Positions 1-9,326 are shown, counted from the stretch's first letter. The stretch: DNA of 64,000 nucleotides from Oscillospiraceae bacterium (GCA_015064085.1 SVSX01000003.1:9145-73144), one strand, 5' to 3'. The notes: a model not told the origin generated them from the letters alone. A program made the numbers and translations.

Positions 1-1
1 G

Positions 2-289
2 ACCAAGGAGCTCTCCGCACAGCTCGGAACGGCAAGACTTTCCTTTGGGGAGGCGGAGTATATGGAAAGGTATCTCGATATCCTCCCAGGAGCTGTCAGC
101 GTTATGGGGCTGATGAATGATAAAGAAGGGGAGGTCACCCTGCTCATAGACGAGGATCTTCTTAAAGATGAGTACATAGGCTGTCACCCTTGCGTCAATA
201 CCGCAAGTCTCAAGCTGAGGACCGAAGACGTGCTGGAAAAATTTCTCCCCGCCACGGGACACAGCTATAGAAGGGTTAAGCTTTCTTAA
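2..289 (+). CDS. YbaK/ProX-type aminoacyl-tRNA editing domain protein, C-terminal part (5' end outside window)
   Basis: Frame is open from the window edge. Translation ...LSFGEAEYMERYLDILPGAVSVMGLMND...CHPCVNTASLKL fits the prolyl-tRNA-synthetase-associated (YbaK/ProX) domain pattern. Confidence 0.6.
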   Translation, partial: TKELSAQLGTARLSFGEAEYMERYLDILPGAVSVMGLMNDKEGEVTLLIDEDLLKDEYIGCHPCVNTASLKLRTEDVLEKFLPATGHSYRRVKLS

Positions 290-308
290 ATAATTAAAGT
301 TGAAAATA

Positions 309-564
309 GGGGCTGTCTCAAATGTAAATTTGAGTCAGCCCCTTTTAGGGGATAGTCAGATTTGAGCAAGAAGCGTCGTTCTTCGGGGCGAAAGGCGTAC
401 AGGTGTACGTCGAGCCCCGAAAACGGCGGTAGAAAAAGTCCATAAAATTTGAAGAATTTCGAAGAAATTCAACCTATTACTGTCTCATTTTCGTTTTTTC
501 GTGCGTAAACGGGATTTTTTATTTATTCTTGGACTTTTTCGGTCTTGCCAAATGTGACAGCCCC
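309..564. mobile_element. 256-bp MITE-like structured repeat, a short internal-deletion copy of the element at 33099-34156
   Basis: Left arm 309-~495 and right arm ~502-564 are near-identical to 33099-~33286 and 34093-34156. Ends carry the 12-bp inverted motif GGGGCTGTC(T/A)CA ... TGTGACAGCCCC. Left end is a 34-nt hairpin at 309-342. Confidence 0.7.
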
Positions 565-568
565 TCGT

Positions 569-1474
569 TTATTTCGTCCAGCCCTTGCCTCCGCATTCGT
601 GAGCGCGGTGGATAGTTGTGAAGGCAGAGGGATCTGCCTCCTTGATTATCGTCATAAGGGTGGAATATTGGTTCATCGTAAAGGTCACGCTTACCATCTT
701 GCGCTCCTCACCCGTGTAACCGCCGATGGCGTTGAATATGGTGGTGGTCCTGCCGAGCTTCTCGATGATCTGCTTGTTTATTTCATCGTGCCTCTGAGTG
801 ACTATCTGCGCCACAAAGGCTTGATTTCCGCCAAGAAATACCTTGTCGATCACGATGGCGCTGATAAGGACGGAAAGAATTCCGAGAAGGGTCATAATAA
901 TATCGTTGATGATGAAAAGACCGAGAACGATCGCCGCGCCGTCAACGCAGAAGATCACCACAGAGCTGCGGAGCTTCTTGAAGACCTTGCAGATCGTGAA
1001 TGCGATAATGTCCGTGCCTCCCGTCGAGCCACCTCCAAGAAAGGCAATGGCGCAGCCGAGACCTATCAGCACACCTCCCGCTACCGCGGCGGCAAGTAGA
1101 GTCAGCTCGGAGTGGGAGTTGGTCTCAAGGCAGAGAAATCCACCGAAGAAGGAGGGGTCTGTCATCTTCAAAAAGAGAGATATCGCGATCGGGTAAACTA
1201 TAGTCGAAATAAGGGTCTTTATGGCAAAATCTTTACCGAGGACTATAAGTCCTATGAAAAAGAGAGTCCAGGTGATTATCGTGATGATCAGGTCTATGCT
1301 GATATCGAAGGGAAGTATCTTTTCAAAAATTATGGCGTATGAGGATATTCCACCGACAAGGAGGTCGAAGGGCAGAATGAAGATAGCCGTTCCAAAGGCG
1401 AGTATAACAGTTCCCGCCACAACGAAAAAAATATTTTTTGAGATTCTTACTATGTCTTGTTTTTTTAGTTTCAT
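569..1474 (-). CDS. YitT family membrane protein (DUF161/DUF2179)
   Basis: Multi-TM N-terminal region plus a C-terminal DUF2179-like domain (VAQIVTQRHDEINKQIIEKLGRTTTIFNAIGGYTGEERKMV). Start moved to the internal MKLKKQD Met at 1474, since the upstream extension overlaps the AraC gene. Confidence 0.8.
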   Translation of the reverse strand: MKLKKQDIVRISKNIFFVVAGTVILAFGTAIFILPFDLLVGGISSYAIIFEKILPFDISIDLIITIITWTLFFIGLIVLGKDFAIKTLISTIVYPIAISLFLKMTDPSFFGGFLCLETNSHSELTLLAAAVAGGVLIGLGCAIAFLGGGSTGGTDIIAFTICKVFKKLRSSVVIFCVDGAAIVLGLFIINDIIMTLLGILSVLISAIVIDKVFLGGNQAFVAQIVTQRHDEINKQIIEKLGRTTTIFNAIGGYTGEERKMVSVTFTMNQYSTLMTIIKEADPSAFTTIHRAHECGGKGWTK

Positions 1475-1487
1475 TGGTTGTACTCCG

Positions 1488-2309
1488 TCAGATTGGTAGA
1501 GATGAGATGGGTGCGCGCTTATTTGATCGGTATTCACTGGGTGAGACGCCGATGTGCTTCGAAAAAGCACGGTTGAAGGTGCGCAGGGTGTTAAAGCCCA
1601 CCTTTTCGCTTATCTCGGTTATCGAAAGATCTGTGCTCAGAAGATATTTACAGGCATTCGAAACTCTCAGAGAATTTATGTAATAATTAAAGCCGATACC
1701 GAGCTTTGTGCTCATAACGTGAGAGATATAGTATCTGCTGATATGAAGCTCCTTCTCAAGCACCGAAAGCGAGAGAGGGGTATCGTAATTGTTTACGCAG
1801 TAGTTGAGGATCGTTCCGAGAATGTCGGTATCGTGAGTCCTTGTGTCGGAAAGATCCATCATACCAAATAGTCTTCCAAAAAAGGAGAGAAGATATCCGC
1901 GGACGATAATATCTCTGTAATTCTTATCTGAGTTGTAGGAATCCGAGATGCTGTAGGTCAGAGAGAGCAGCTCCTTGTCGTTGAGAGCTCCCTTTATCAG
2001 ATTGCTTTTTGGGATCATAGCAGTGAATATAGCCGAGAATTCGGGGAGAATATTCGGATTGAAAATGAAAAGATGATAATTTTCCTTTTCGAGGGTCTCA
2101 AACTGATGGATCTGGTTTGGGAAGCAGACAAAAATATCTCCTGCCTCGGCTTCATAGGTTTCGGTGTTTACGTGTATCGTGGTCCTTCCGCCGATGATAC
2201 AGCCTACCTCGATGTGGTAGTGGAGATGTGCCGTGCACTGAAGAGGTGCTTTCGAGCTACGGCTGTCACGCTGAACGAAGTCAACCGTTTTGTTTTCATA
2301 TTTAAACAT
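1488..2309 (-). CDS. AraC family transcriptional regulator (cupin sensor domain plus C-terminal HTH)
   Basis: N-terminal cupin-like HxH region (HLHYHIEVG). C-terminal AraC HTH signature (LSLSVLEKELHISRYYISHVM...ITEISEKVGFNTLRTFNRAFSKHIGVSPSEYR). Confidence 0.85.
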   Translation of the reverse strand: MFKYENKTVDFVQRDSRSSKAPLQCTAHLHYHIEVGCIIGGRTTIHVNTETYEAEAGDIFVCFPNQIHQFETLEKENYHLFIFNPNILPEFSAIFTAMIPKSNLIKGALNDKELLSLTYSISDSYNSDKNYRDIIVRGYLLSFFGRLFGMMDLSDTRTHDTDILGTILNYCVNNYDTPLSLSVLEKELHISRYYISHVMSTKLGIGFNYYINSLRVSNACKYLLSTDLSITEISEKVGFNTLRTFNRAFSKHIGVSPSEYRSNKRAPISSLPI

Positions 2310-2321
2310 CCTCTAACCTCC

Positions 2322-3515
2322 TTAGCCTTCGGTATAGATCCGCGGGGCTCTGGCTGAGACCAAGCAAAGTACCTCGTATTCTATGGTATTTGCAAGTCTT
2401 GCAAGTTCCGAAAGCTCCTCCGGGGAGTTTCCGAAGATCATTACCTTGTCGTCTACAGACGCTCCTGTGTCGGTAATGTCTATCATACACTGATCCATAC
2501 AGATGCGCCCCACGATGGGGGCTTTTTTTATGCCATTTTTGGTTATGACCGAGAGCTCTGCGTTGCCGTATGCTCTGATAAATCCGTCGGCATAGCCTAC
2601 GGGAAGGGTGGCTATCAGCCTATCCTCCTCCGCCGTGTATATTCCGCCGTAGCTTACCGAATCGCCCTTGCGTATCTTATGTATATGTGAGATTAGGGTA
2701 CAGAATTTCATAACCGGTCTCAGCGGGAGAGAGTCAATGACCTTTCCCGAGAGAGTGCCGTAAACGGCGATGCCCACACGGCAGGCATCAAAGTGATATG
2801 ATGGGAAAAATACAGTTCCCGCGGTGTTACAGAGGTGTCTGAAGCCGACGTCCACTCCGAGAGAAAGGAGTGCTTTGTCCACCTCGGCGAAGAGCGCTGC
2901 CTGACGGTCTGTGGTGAGGCGTTCGCTCTCGTCCGCTCTTGCGAAGTGAGTGAACATACCGCAGATATCGAGAGAGGAGTAAGCCGATATCCGAGCAATA
3001 TCCTCGGCGGTTTTTCTTGCCTCGTCCTCGCCTCGGGCGGGGAAGCCGATCCTGTTCATTCCCGTGTCAAGCTTGACGTGGCATTTCACCCGCACTCTGC
3101 TTTTCTCTGCCTCTGCCGCAAGCTTTTCGGCAAAATCAATATCCACGAGTGTGGTTATAATGTCGTATTTGGCGAGAAGACGTGCCTGAGAGGGGAAGAT
3201 ATAGCCGAGGATAAGTATATTTGCGTCGGTCTTCAGCTCATTGCAGATCTTTCGCAGGTCAATAGCCTCTTCGATAGACGAGACGGCAAAGAAGCGGCAG
3301 CCCTCTGAAAGGAGGGCGCGGCAGCATTCCTCAGCGCCGTGACCGTAGGCATCTGCCTTGAGAACGCAGATGAGCGAGGTGTTGGGAGAGGCGCTTTTTG
3401 CCTCATTTTGCAATATTCTATAATTATGCTTCAGTGCCGAGAGGTCGATCTCGGCGTAAGCCTTATAAGAGTCCAAAATCGGTAGAGAAGAATAAGGGCG
3501 ATGCTTGGTCTTCAT
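2322..3515 (-). CDS. alr: alanine racemase
   Basis: PLP-lysine motif VLKADAYGHG, with full-length alanine racemase N- and C-terminal domain pattern (397 aa). Confidence 0.92.
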   Translation of the reverse strand: MKTKHRPYSSLPILDSYKAYAEIDLSALKHNYRILQNEAKSASPNTSLICVLKADAYGHGAEECCRALLSEGCRFFAVSSIEEAIDLRKICNELKTDANILILGYIFPSQARLLAKYDIITTLVDIDFAEKLAAEAEKSRVRVKCHVKLDTGMNRIGFPARGEDEARKTAEDIARISAYSSLDICGMFTHFARADESERLTTDRQAALFAEVDKALLSLGVDVGFRHLCNTAGTVFFPSYHFDACRVGIAVYGTLSGKVIDSLPLRPVMKFCTLISHIHKIRKGDSVSYGGIYTAEEDRLIATLPVGYADGFIRAYGNAELSVITKNGIKKAPIVGRICMDQCMIDITDTGASVDDKVMIFGNSPEELSELARLANTIEYEVLCLVSARAPRIYTEG

Positions 3516-3645
3516 AATGCCATCCTTTCAAACAATGTCCGATATCTATTATTTTACCACAATATTTGTCTTATTTCAAGAGGGAGTGAATTAATTGAAA
3601 ATTTTTTTCATATTTTGTTTCGTAAGAGAAAATGGGGGGTATGCT

Positions 3646-4164
3646 ATGAAGGTGACGAGGTGTATTTTTCTGATTGGTGTAATTTTTTGTCTTTTATCAT
3701 CTTGTGCTTCCGAGGAGGCGAGTCTGCCAGATTGCTTTGAGGGGGGCTTTGAATGTGAGATATCCTTTGAGTGGGAGGGGCTTTCCTACAGAGTGGAGAT
3801 ACTGCGTGAGGCAGGATATGGCAGCGATCTGACCCTGAGCTTTCTTGAGCCCGAGGCAATGAAGGGGATAACTGTGAGCCGAAGAGACGGCAGTGAGAGC
3901 GTGAGGCTTTTTGGAAATGAATACACCGAGGTGGGAAGGCTTGGTTGGTTAGCGCTTGAGGATCTGTTTCTTGTTAGCGGAGGGGTAGTTGACAGCAGAC
4001 TTGAGGAATGCTGTGGTGTCAGCGCAAACAGGCTAACCTTTCGGCGTGAGGACGGAGTCGATGGGGTGATCTATCTCTCGGGCGAGGAAGAGCCGCTAAG
4101 GATATGCGGAGCGGTCGGCGGAAGATATGCCGACGCGACAATACTTAAATTCAGAAGGAAATGA
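3646..4164 (+). CDS. hypothetical lipoprotein
   Basis: Signal peptide with lipobox LLSSC when started at MKVTRC (3646), preceded by a G-rich RBS. No recognisable domain. Confidence 0.55.
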   Translation: MKVTRCIFLIGVIFCLLSSCASEEASLPDCFEGGFECEISFEWEGLSYRVEILREAGYGSDLTLSFLEPEAMKGITVSRRDGSESVRLFGNEYTEVGRLGWLALEDLFLVSGGVVDSRLEECCGVSANRLTFRREDGVDGVIYLSGEEEPLRICGAVGGRYADATILKFRRK

Positions 4165-4167
4165 TAA

Positions 4168-6183
4168 ATGAAGATTTTAATGGCGGTTGCGTCTCTTGAT
4201 ATAGGAGGTGCGGAGACTCATATTTGTCAGCTGGCGACGGAACTCAGAAAGATGGGAGAGGAAGTAACGGTGGTGTCGTCGGGCGGGGAGAACCTGCGGC
4301 TGCTTTGCAGAGCGGGGGTCGCTCACAGATATATTCCGCTGAATTCCCATTCTCCTTTGAAGCTTATGAGCGCCTATTTCGGGCTTTTGTCACTTGTGAG
4401 GAAGGAGCGCTTTGATATTATACACGCCCATTCGAGGATCGCGGCGTTTATCTGCGAAAGGGTGGCAAGAAAAAGAGGTCTGCCCTTTGTTACCACGGTA
4501 CACGCCGCCTTCAGTCTGTCTCCAATAAAAAAGTATATGACAAGGTGGGGGTATTATGTGTCTGCGGTCAGTCCCGACCTTGCTATCTACCTCAGGGAGA
4601 ATTATGGGGTAGCTCCCGAAAGGATAAGAATAATACCGAACGGTGTCGATACCGATCGTTTTTCGCCATTCTTTGAGGCAGGCGGACCGCCGAGGATAGT
4701 TTTTATGAGCAGACTCGATTCGGATTGCTCCCTTGGCGCTGAGTGTCTTATTGATATCTCCTCGACTCTTGCCGAGGAATACCGCGGGGTGGTGATAGAT
4801 ATTATTGGCGGCGGAAGTGAATACGCTTCGATCTCGGAAGAGGCGAGACGGAAGAACCGCGAGATCGGTTACGAATGTGTGAGGCTTCACGGGGCGCAGA
4901 GCTCTCCCGAGAAGATCTTGCGGGGCGGAACTGTCTTTGTAGGAGTATCCCGTGCCGCTCTTGAGGCAATGTCGTGCGGTCTTCCCACGATACTTGCGGG
5001 GAACGAGGGCTTTTTTGGGATCGTTGACGAGGGAAATTACCCCGCGGCATCCGAGAGCAATTTCTGCGGACGGGGTGAGAAGCCGCTTTCAAAAAAAATT
5101 TTGCTTCGCGATCTACGACGGCTGCTCGATATGAGCGACGGTGAGCGATGGGTACGGGGAGAGAAGCTGAGGAATCTTACCGTCAGGCTTCACGGGGGGA
5201 AAAGAATGTCGAAAATGACTCTGGATTTTTACAGACACGCTATCGAAAATCTCTCGACTCACGGTGGAGAGGTCTGTCTTTGCGGGTATTACGGTTACGG
5301 AAATCTCGGAGACGATACTCTTTTGCTGAAAAACATCGAACGGGCAAGGAGTCTCGGGTACAGAAAAATTTCGGCGCTTACTGCCCGTCCGAGCCGAGAC
5401 AGATATACCTTCTCTGTCGAGTGCAGGTCGAGAAGCTCTCTTTTTTCGGTGGTATCGGCTATCAGGAAAAGCGACCTTCTGGTCTTTGGCGGCGGAACGC
5501 TTATTCAGGACAGGACAAGCCTTCGCTCCTTACTTTATTACTGTGCGCTCTCTGAGATAGCTCGGTTCTTTTCTGTTCCTATGGAGCTCTGGGCAAACGG
5601 TATAGGTGAGATAAGCTCTCCTCTTGGACGTTTTTTTGTGAGGAGGCTTCTCTCATACACCCGTCAGGTGGGAGTCCGTGACAGATGTTCGCGGAGGATA
5701 TCGGAGGAGCTTTCGGTTACTCCTGAGAAAATTGTCTTCGAGAGAGACCCCGCATTTTTTTGCGGAGGAGTTTTTGGTTTGTGGAGGAAAAGGCTTCTCG
5801 GTATCTGCGGTGAGGGGTACATCGTGGTCTGTCTTAAGAGCGGTGGGGCTGAGCTTGAGTATCGGGAGCTTGAGGCGAAGGTCTCGGAGCATCGTGAAAA
5901 GAAGATGATAGTCCTTTCGGCATATCCTCGTGAGGACAGAAGGATCTCGACCGTATTTTGCCAAGAGTATGGCGGAATATACGTTGAGTCGCTGAGCGGC
6001 GAGGAGCTGGTCACTCTCCTTTCGGGCGCTTCACTGTGTATTTCAATGCGTCTGCATCCGCTTATTTTCTCTCATATTGCGGGTATCCCGTTTTTCGGAG
6101 TCGGTGATGATATCAAGATCAAAGCCTTTTGCGAAGAATACGGTGACCTGGAAAATAAAGAAAAAAGGCAGGACGGAATGTAA
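4168..6183 (+). CDS. fusion protein: N-terminal GT4 glycosyltransferase and C-terminal CsaB-like polysaccharide pyruvyl transferase
   Basis: N-terminus MKILMAVASLDIGGAETH and a GT4 C-domain (EAMSCGLPTILAGNEG). The second half starts with GYYGYGNLGDDTLL, typical of CsaB/pyruvyl transferases. Confidence 0.75.
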   Translation: MKILMAVASLDIGGAETHICQLATELRKMGEEVTVVSSGGENLRLLCRAGVAHRYIPLNSHSPLKLMSAYFGLLSLVRKERFDIIHAHSRIAAFICERVARKRGLPFVTTVHAAFSLSPIKKYMTRWGYYVSAVSPDLAIYLRENYGVAPERIRIIPNGVDTDRFSPFFEAGGPPRIVFMSRLDSDCSLGAECLIDISSTLAEEYRGVVIDIIGGGSEYASISEEARRKNREIGYECVRLHGAQSSPEKILRGGTVFVGVSRAALEAMSCGLPTILAGNEGFFGIVDEGNYPAASESNFCGRGEKPLSKKILLRDLRRLLDMSDGERWVRGEKLRNLTVRLHGGKRMSKMTLDFYRHAIENLSTHGGEVCLCGYYGYGNLGDDTLLLKNIERARSLGYRKISALTARPSRDRYTFSVECRSRSSLFSVVSAIRKSDLLVFGGGTLIQDRTSLRSLLYYCALSEIARFFSVPMELWANGIGEISSPLGRFFVRRLLSYTRQVGVRDRCSRRISEELSVTPEKIVFERDPAFFCGGVFGLWRKRLLGICGEGYIVVCLKSGGAELEYRELEAKVSEHREKKMIVLSAYPREDRRISTVFCQEYGGIYVESLSGEELVTLLSGASLCISMRLHPLIFSHIAGIPFFGVGDDIKIKAFCEEYGDLENKEKRQDGM

Positions 6184-6198
6184 ATTTTTTCACATTAC

Positions 6199-6227
6199 TT
6201 GAAAAATAAGGGCGGGTGTGGTATAAT
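6199..6227 (+). promoter_or_regulatory. sigma-A type promoter upstream of ddh
   Basis: TTGAAA (6199-6204), 17-nt spacer, TGg-TATAAT (6222-6227), about 40 nt upstream of the ddh start. Confidence 0.6.
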
Positions 6228-6269
6228 TGTATTCGGTAATTTATTCTACACTATTTGTGAGGCGATATT

Positions 6270-7256
6270 ATGAAGATAAGAGTTGGTATTTACGGTTACG
6301 GAAATCTTGGCAGGGGAGTTGAGAACGCTCTGAAGCAGAATCAGGATATGGAGCTTGTGGCGGTCTTTACGAGACGTCCTCCCGAGACTCTCAAAATATT
6401 CACGGCGGGTGTTCCCGTGGTGTCGGCAGCTTCTGTGCTTGATTACGTGGGGCGCATCGACGTTATGGTGATCTGCGGAGGAAGCGCTACCGACCTGCCC
6501 GAGCAAACACCCTATCTCGCGAGATATTTTTCGGTTATAGACAGCTTCGACACTCACGCGAAGATACCCGAGCATTACGCAAAGGTTGACGCTGCGGCAA
6601 AGGAGGGCGGAAACACGGCTATGATCTCGGTCGGCTGGGACCCCGGTATGTTCTCGCTCAACCGTCTCCTCGGTGAGGCTGTGCTCCCCGACGGAAAGGA
6701 CTATACCTTCTGGGGAAGAGGGGTTAGTCAGGGACACTCGGACGCTATACGCAGAATTGAGGGCGTGGCTGACGCAAAGCAGTATACCATTCCGATAGAT
6801 TCGGCGCTCGAGGCAGTGAGGCGCGGAGAAAATCCTCAGCTTACGGCGCGAGAGAAGCACCTTCGCGAGTGCTTTGTCGTTGCGAAGGAGGGGGCTGACA
6901 AGGAGAGGATCGAGAGAGAGATCAAGGAGATGCCCAACTACTTTGCCGATTACGACACTATTGTTCACTTCATCGACGCTGAGGAGCTGGCACGGGATCA
7001 CAGCGGTATCCCCCACGGCGGCTTTGTTATCCGAAGCGGAAGAACCGGGGCTGAGCTCGAGCACAGTCACATTATCGAATACAGACTCAAGCTCGATTCA
7101 AACCCCGAGTTTACCGCATCGGTCATTGTGGCATACGCGAGAGCGACCTGCAGAATGAAGCGAGAGGGAATGGTCGGCTGTAAAACGGTATTTGACGTTC
7201 CCCCCGCATACCTTTCTCCGAGAAGCTACGGAGAGATAATTTCGACACTTCTTTGA
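6270..7256 (+). CDS. ddh: meso-diaminopimelate D-dehydrogenase
   Basis: N-terminal Rossmann motif MKIRVGIYGYGNLGRG and overall Ddh-like pattern (328 aa). Confidence 0.85.
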   Translation: MKIRVGIYGYGNLGRGVENALKQNQDMELVAVFTRRPPETLKIFTAGVPVVSAASVLDYVGRIDVMVICGGSATDLPEQTPYLARYFSVIDSFDTHAKIPEHYAKVDAAAKEGGNTAMISVGWDPGMFSLNRLLGEAVLPDGKDYTFWGRGVSQGHSDAIRRIEGVADAKQYTIPIDSALEAVRRGENPQLTAREKHLRECFVVAKEGADKERIEREIKEMPNYFADYDTIVHFIDAEELARDHSGIPHGGFVIRSGRTGAELEHSHIIEYRLKLDSNPEFTASVIVAYARATCRMKREGMVGCKTVFDVPPAYLSPRSYGEIISTLL

Positions 7257-7341
7257 CAACAGAATAGATTGTCCGAGATATTGGGCGTAATTACGTGAAA
7301 ACAGCACATAATAAGAAAAAAGATATTTTCAGGAGATTAGT

Positions 7342-8238
7342 ATGAAAAAAATTATTTGCGCGGTTCTTACGGCGATCATCGCCCTTATGGCTCTGTCCTC
7401 CTGCGGCAGCAGAGAGAATGAGTATACTCTCGGAATAGGAGGCAGTGCCGAAGCAAAGACGGCAAACCTCACCTTAGTCGAGACGGTAGCTGCCGTGGTG
7501 CTTGACAGAGAGGGGAAAATAATTCTTTGTCGGGTCGATTCGGTGGATGCAAGGGCTGTCTATCTTGACGGAGCTATTGAGAAGAAGAGCTATAAATCAA
7601 AGGCTGAGCTTGGCGACAGCTACGGAATGCTGAGCCCGGGCGGCTCGGATCTCGCCGAGTGGGACGATCAGGCAAGATTCTTTGAGGACTACGTCGTGGG
7701 CAAAACTATCGACGAGGTGAAGGGAATAAAGAGCGGAGAAGGGGAGCTGGCAAGCGGCTGCACCATTGACGTTTCTCCCTTTATCAAGGCTATCGGCGCG
7801 GCTGTGAGCAGTGAGCGCAAGACGGTATTTAAAGCCAAGGGAGATATTACGCTCGGCGTGGCTATCGACTGCTCTGTGTCAGACAAGGGCGGAAGCGCGG
7901 CTTATACCGCGAATATGTCGGCATCTGTTATAAACGACGGAAAGATAGCGGCGGCGCTCATAGATTCCCGTGAATCGACTATAATAGCCGAGGAGGGAGT
8001 CGGAGTGGAATACAAGCCGTCGAAGACCAAGCTTGAGCTTGGGGATGAATATAATATGGTGGAGTACGGCGGTGCGTCTGCCGAGTGGTACGTTCAGGCG
8101 AAGACCTATGCGGACAGTGCTGTCGGAAAGACAAAAAGTGAGCTTTCGGGACTTGCTACCGAGGGCGTGGCGGGCTGTACTATCGGGGTAGAGGACTACA
8201 AGAAGGTCCTTATCCTCGCTTCCGAACGGGCAAGATGA
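7342..8238 (+). CDS. lipoprotein with two tandem FMN_bind-like repeats (candidate ApbE substrate)
   Basis: Lipobox LSSC. Two internally homologous halves each end in an FMN_bind-like segment (ELASGCTIDVSPFIKAIGAAV and EGVAGCTIGVEDYKKVL). Sits immediately upstream of apbE. Confidence 0.6.
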   Translation: MKKIICAVLTAIIALMALSSCGSRENEYTLGIGGSAEAKTANLTLVETVAAVVLDREGKIILCRVDSVDARAVYLDGAIEKKSYKSKAELGDSYGMLSPGGSDLAEWDDQARFFEDYVVGKTIDEVKGIKSGEGELASGCTIDVSPFIKAIGAAVSSERKTVFKAKGDITLGVAIDCSVSDKGGSAAYTANMSASVINDGKIAAALIDSRESTIIAEEGVGVEYKPSKTKLELGDEYNMVEYGGASAEWYVQAKTYADSAVGKTKSELSGLATEGVAGCTIGVEDYKKVLILASERAR

Positions 8239-8243
8239 TCTTT

Positions 8244-8280
8244 GGGCTGAGTCTTCCGCGATCGAATGACTCAGCCTTTT
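8244..8280 (+). terminator. rho-independent terminator-like hairpin between the lipoprotein gene and apbE
   Basis: GGCTGAGTC (8244-8252) pairs with GACTCAGCC (8267-8275), followed by a T-run. Confidence 0.6.
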
Positions 8281-8294
8281 TATATGGAGTTAAT

Positions 8295-9326
8295 ATGAAA
8301 GCACGTATCATATCGGTCTTTTTGGCGACAGTCCTGCTGTTTTTGACCCTTTTCGGGTGTGGGGCAGAGGCTGAGCCGAGATCAAAAACATATTTTGAAT
8401 ATTTCGACACCGCGAGTGCTATCTATTCCTATGCCGAGGAGTCGGAGGAAAGCTTTATCGGAAACTGTGAAGCCGTGGCGGCGCTCTTTTCCGATTACCA
8501 CAAGCTTTTTGATATTTATTACGAATACTCGGGTGTGAATAATCTTTGTACCGTCAATAAAAACGCGGGTGTTGCCCCCGTCAGTGTGGATATTCGGCTC
8601 ATTGATTTTCTCGAGTATGCCGTCGGTATCTGCAAGGAGTGCGGTCTTGAGACCAATATCGCTATGGGCTCGGTCCTTTCTCTCTGGCACGAGGCTCGGG
8701 AGAATGCCGACGGAGGTGAGGCGCACCTGCCCTCCGAGGCTGAGCTCAGGGCGGCGGGAGAGCACGTGAGCCTTGACGCTATCGTCATAGACAGAGGAGC
8801 GGGAACGGTCTATATTTCCGACGCTGAGGTGTCTATTGACGTGGGCGCTTTGGGAAAGGGCTATGCCGTTATGAAGGCTACCGAGCTTCTGAAGGAGAGA
8901 GGCGCTGACCGTTACGTGCTGAACGTTGGCGGAAATATTTCGGCTATAGGTGAGAAAGCGAACGGCAAGGGCTGGGTGACGGGAATAACAAATCCCGACG
9001 GCGGAGATTTTTCCGCGAGAATAGAGCTTAAGGACGGCTATTGCGTTACCTCGGGAGACTATGAAAGATATTTTGAGGTCGATGGGGTGAGATATCATCA
9101 TATTATTGACAAGGATACTCTGATGCCCGCGAAGCATTTCCGCTCGGTCAGCGTGATCTCTGACGACGGAGCACTTGCCGACGCGCTGTCTACGGCGCTC
9201 TTCTGTATGCCCTATGAGGAGGGAGTGAAGCTTCTTCAGCGCTTTGATGGGGTCGATGCCTTTTGGATATTTTCCGACGGTCAGAGGAGAATGACGGAGG
9301 GGTTTGAAAAAATTACACTGAAATAG
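8295..9326 (+). CDS. apbE: FAD:protein FMN transferase (ApbE family), lipoprotein
   Basis: Start at MKARIIS with a GGAG RBS. Lipobox LFGC. ApbE pattern (AMGSVLSLWH, IDVGALGKGYA, GGNISAIG, VTSGDYERYF, HHIIDKDT). Confidence 0.88.
   Translation: MKARIISVFLATVLLFLTLFGCGAEAEPRSKTYFEYFDTASAIYSYAEESEESFIGNCEAVAALFSDYHKLFDIYYEYSGVNNLCTVNKNAGVAPVSVDIRLIDFLEYAVGICKECGLETNIAMGSVLSLWHEARENADGGEAHLPSEAELRAAGEHVSLDAIVIDRGAGTVYISDAEVSIDVGALGKGYAVMKATELLKERGADRYVLNVGGNISAIGEKANGKGWVTGITNPDGGDFSARIELKDGYCVTSGDYERYFEVDGVRYHHIIDKDTLMPAKHFRSVSVISDDGALADALSTALFCMPYEEGVKLLQRFDGVDAFWIFSDGQRRMTEGFEKITLK

Noticed and set aside
6246-7070. 274-aa minus-strand ORF
   Set aside because: It is antisense to ddh, which has a clear Rossmann N-terminus.
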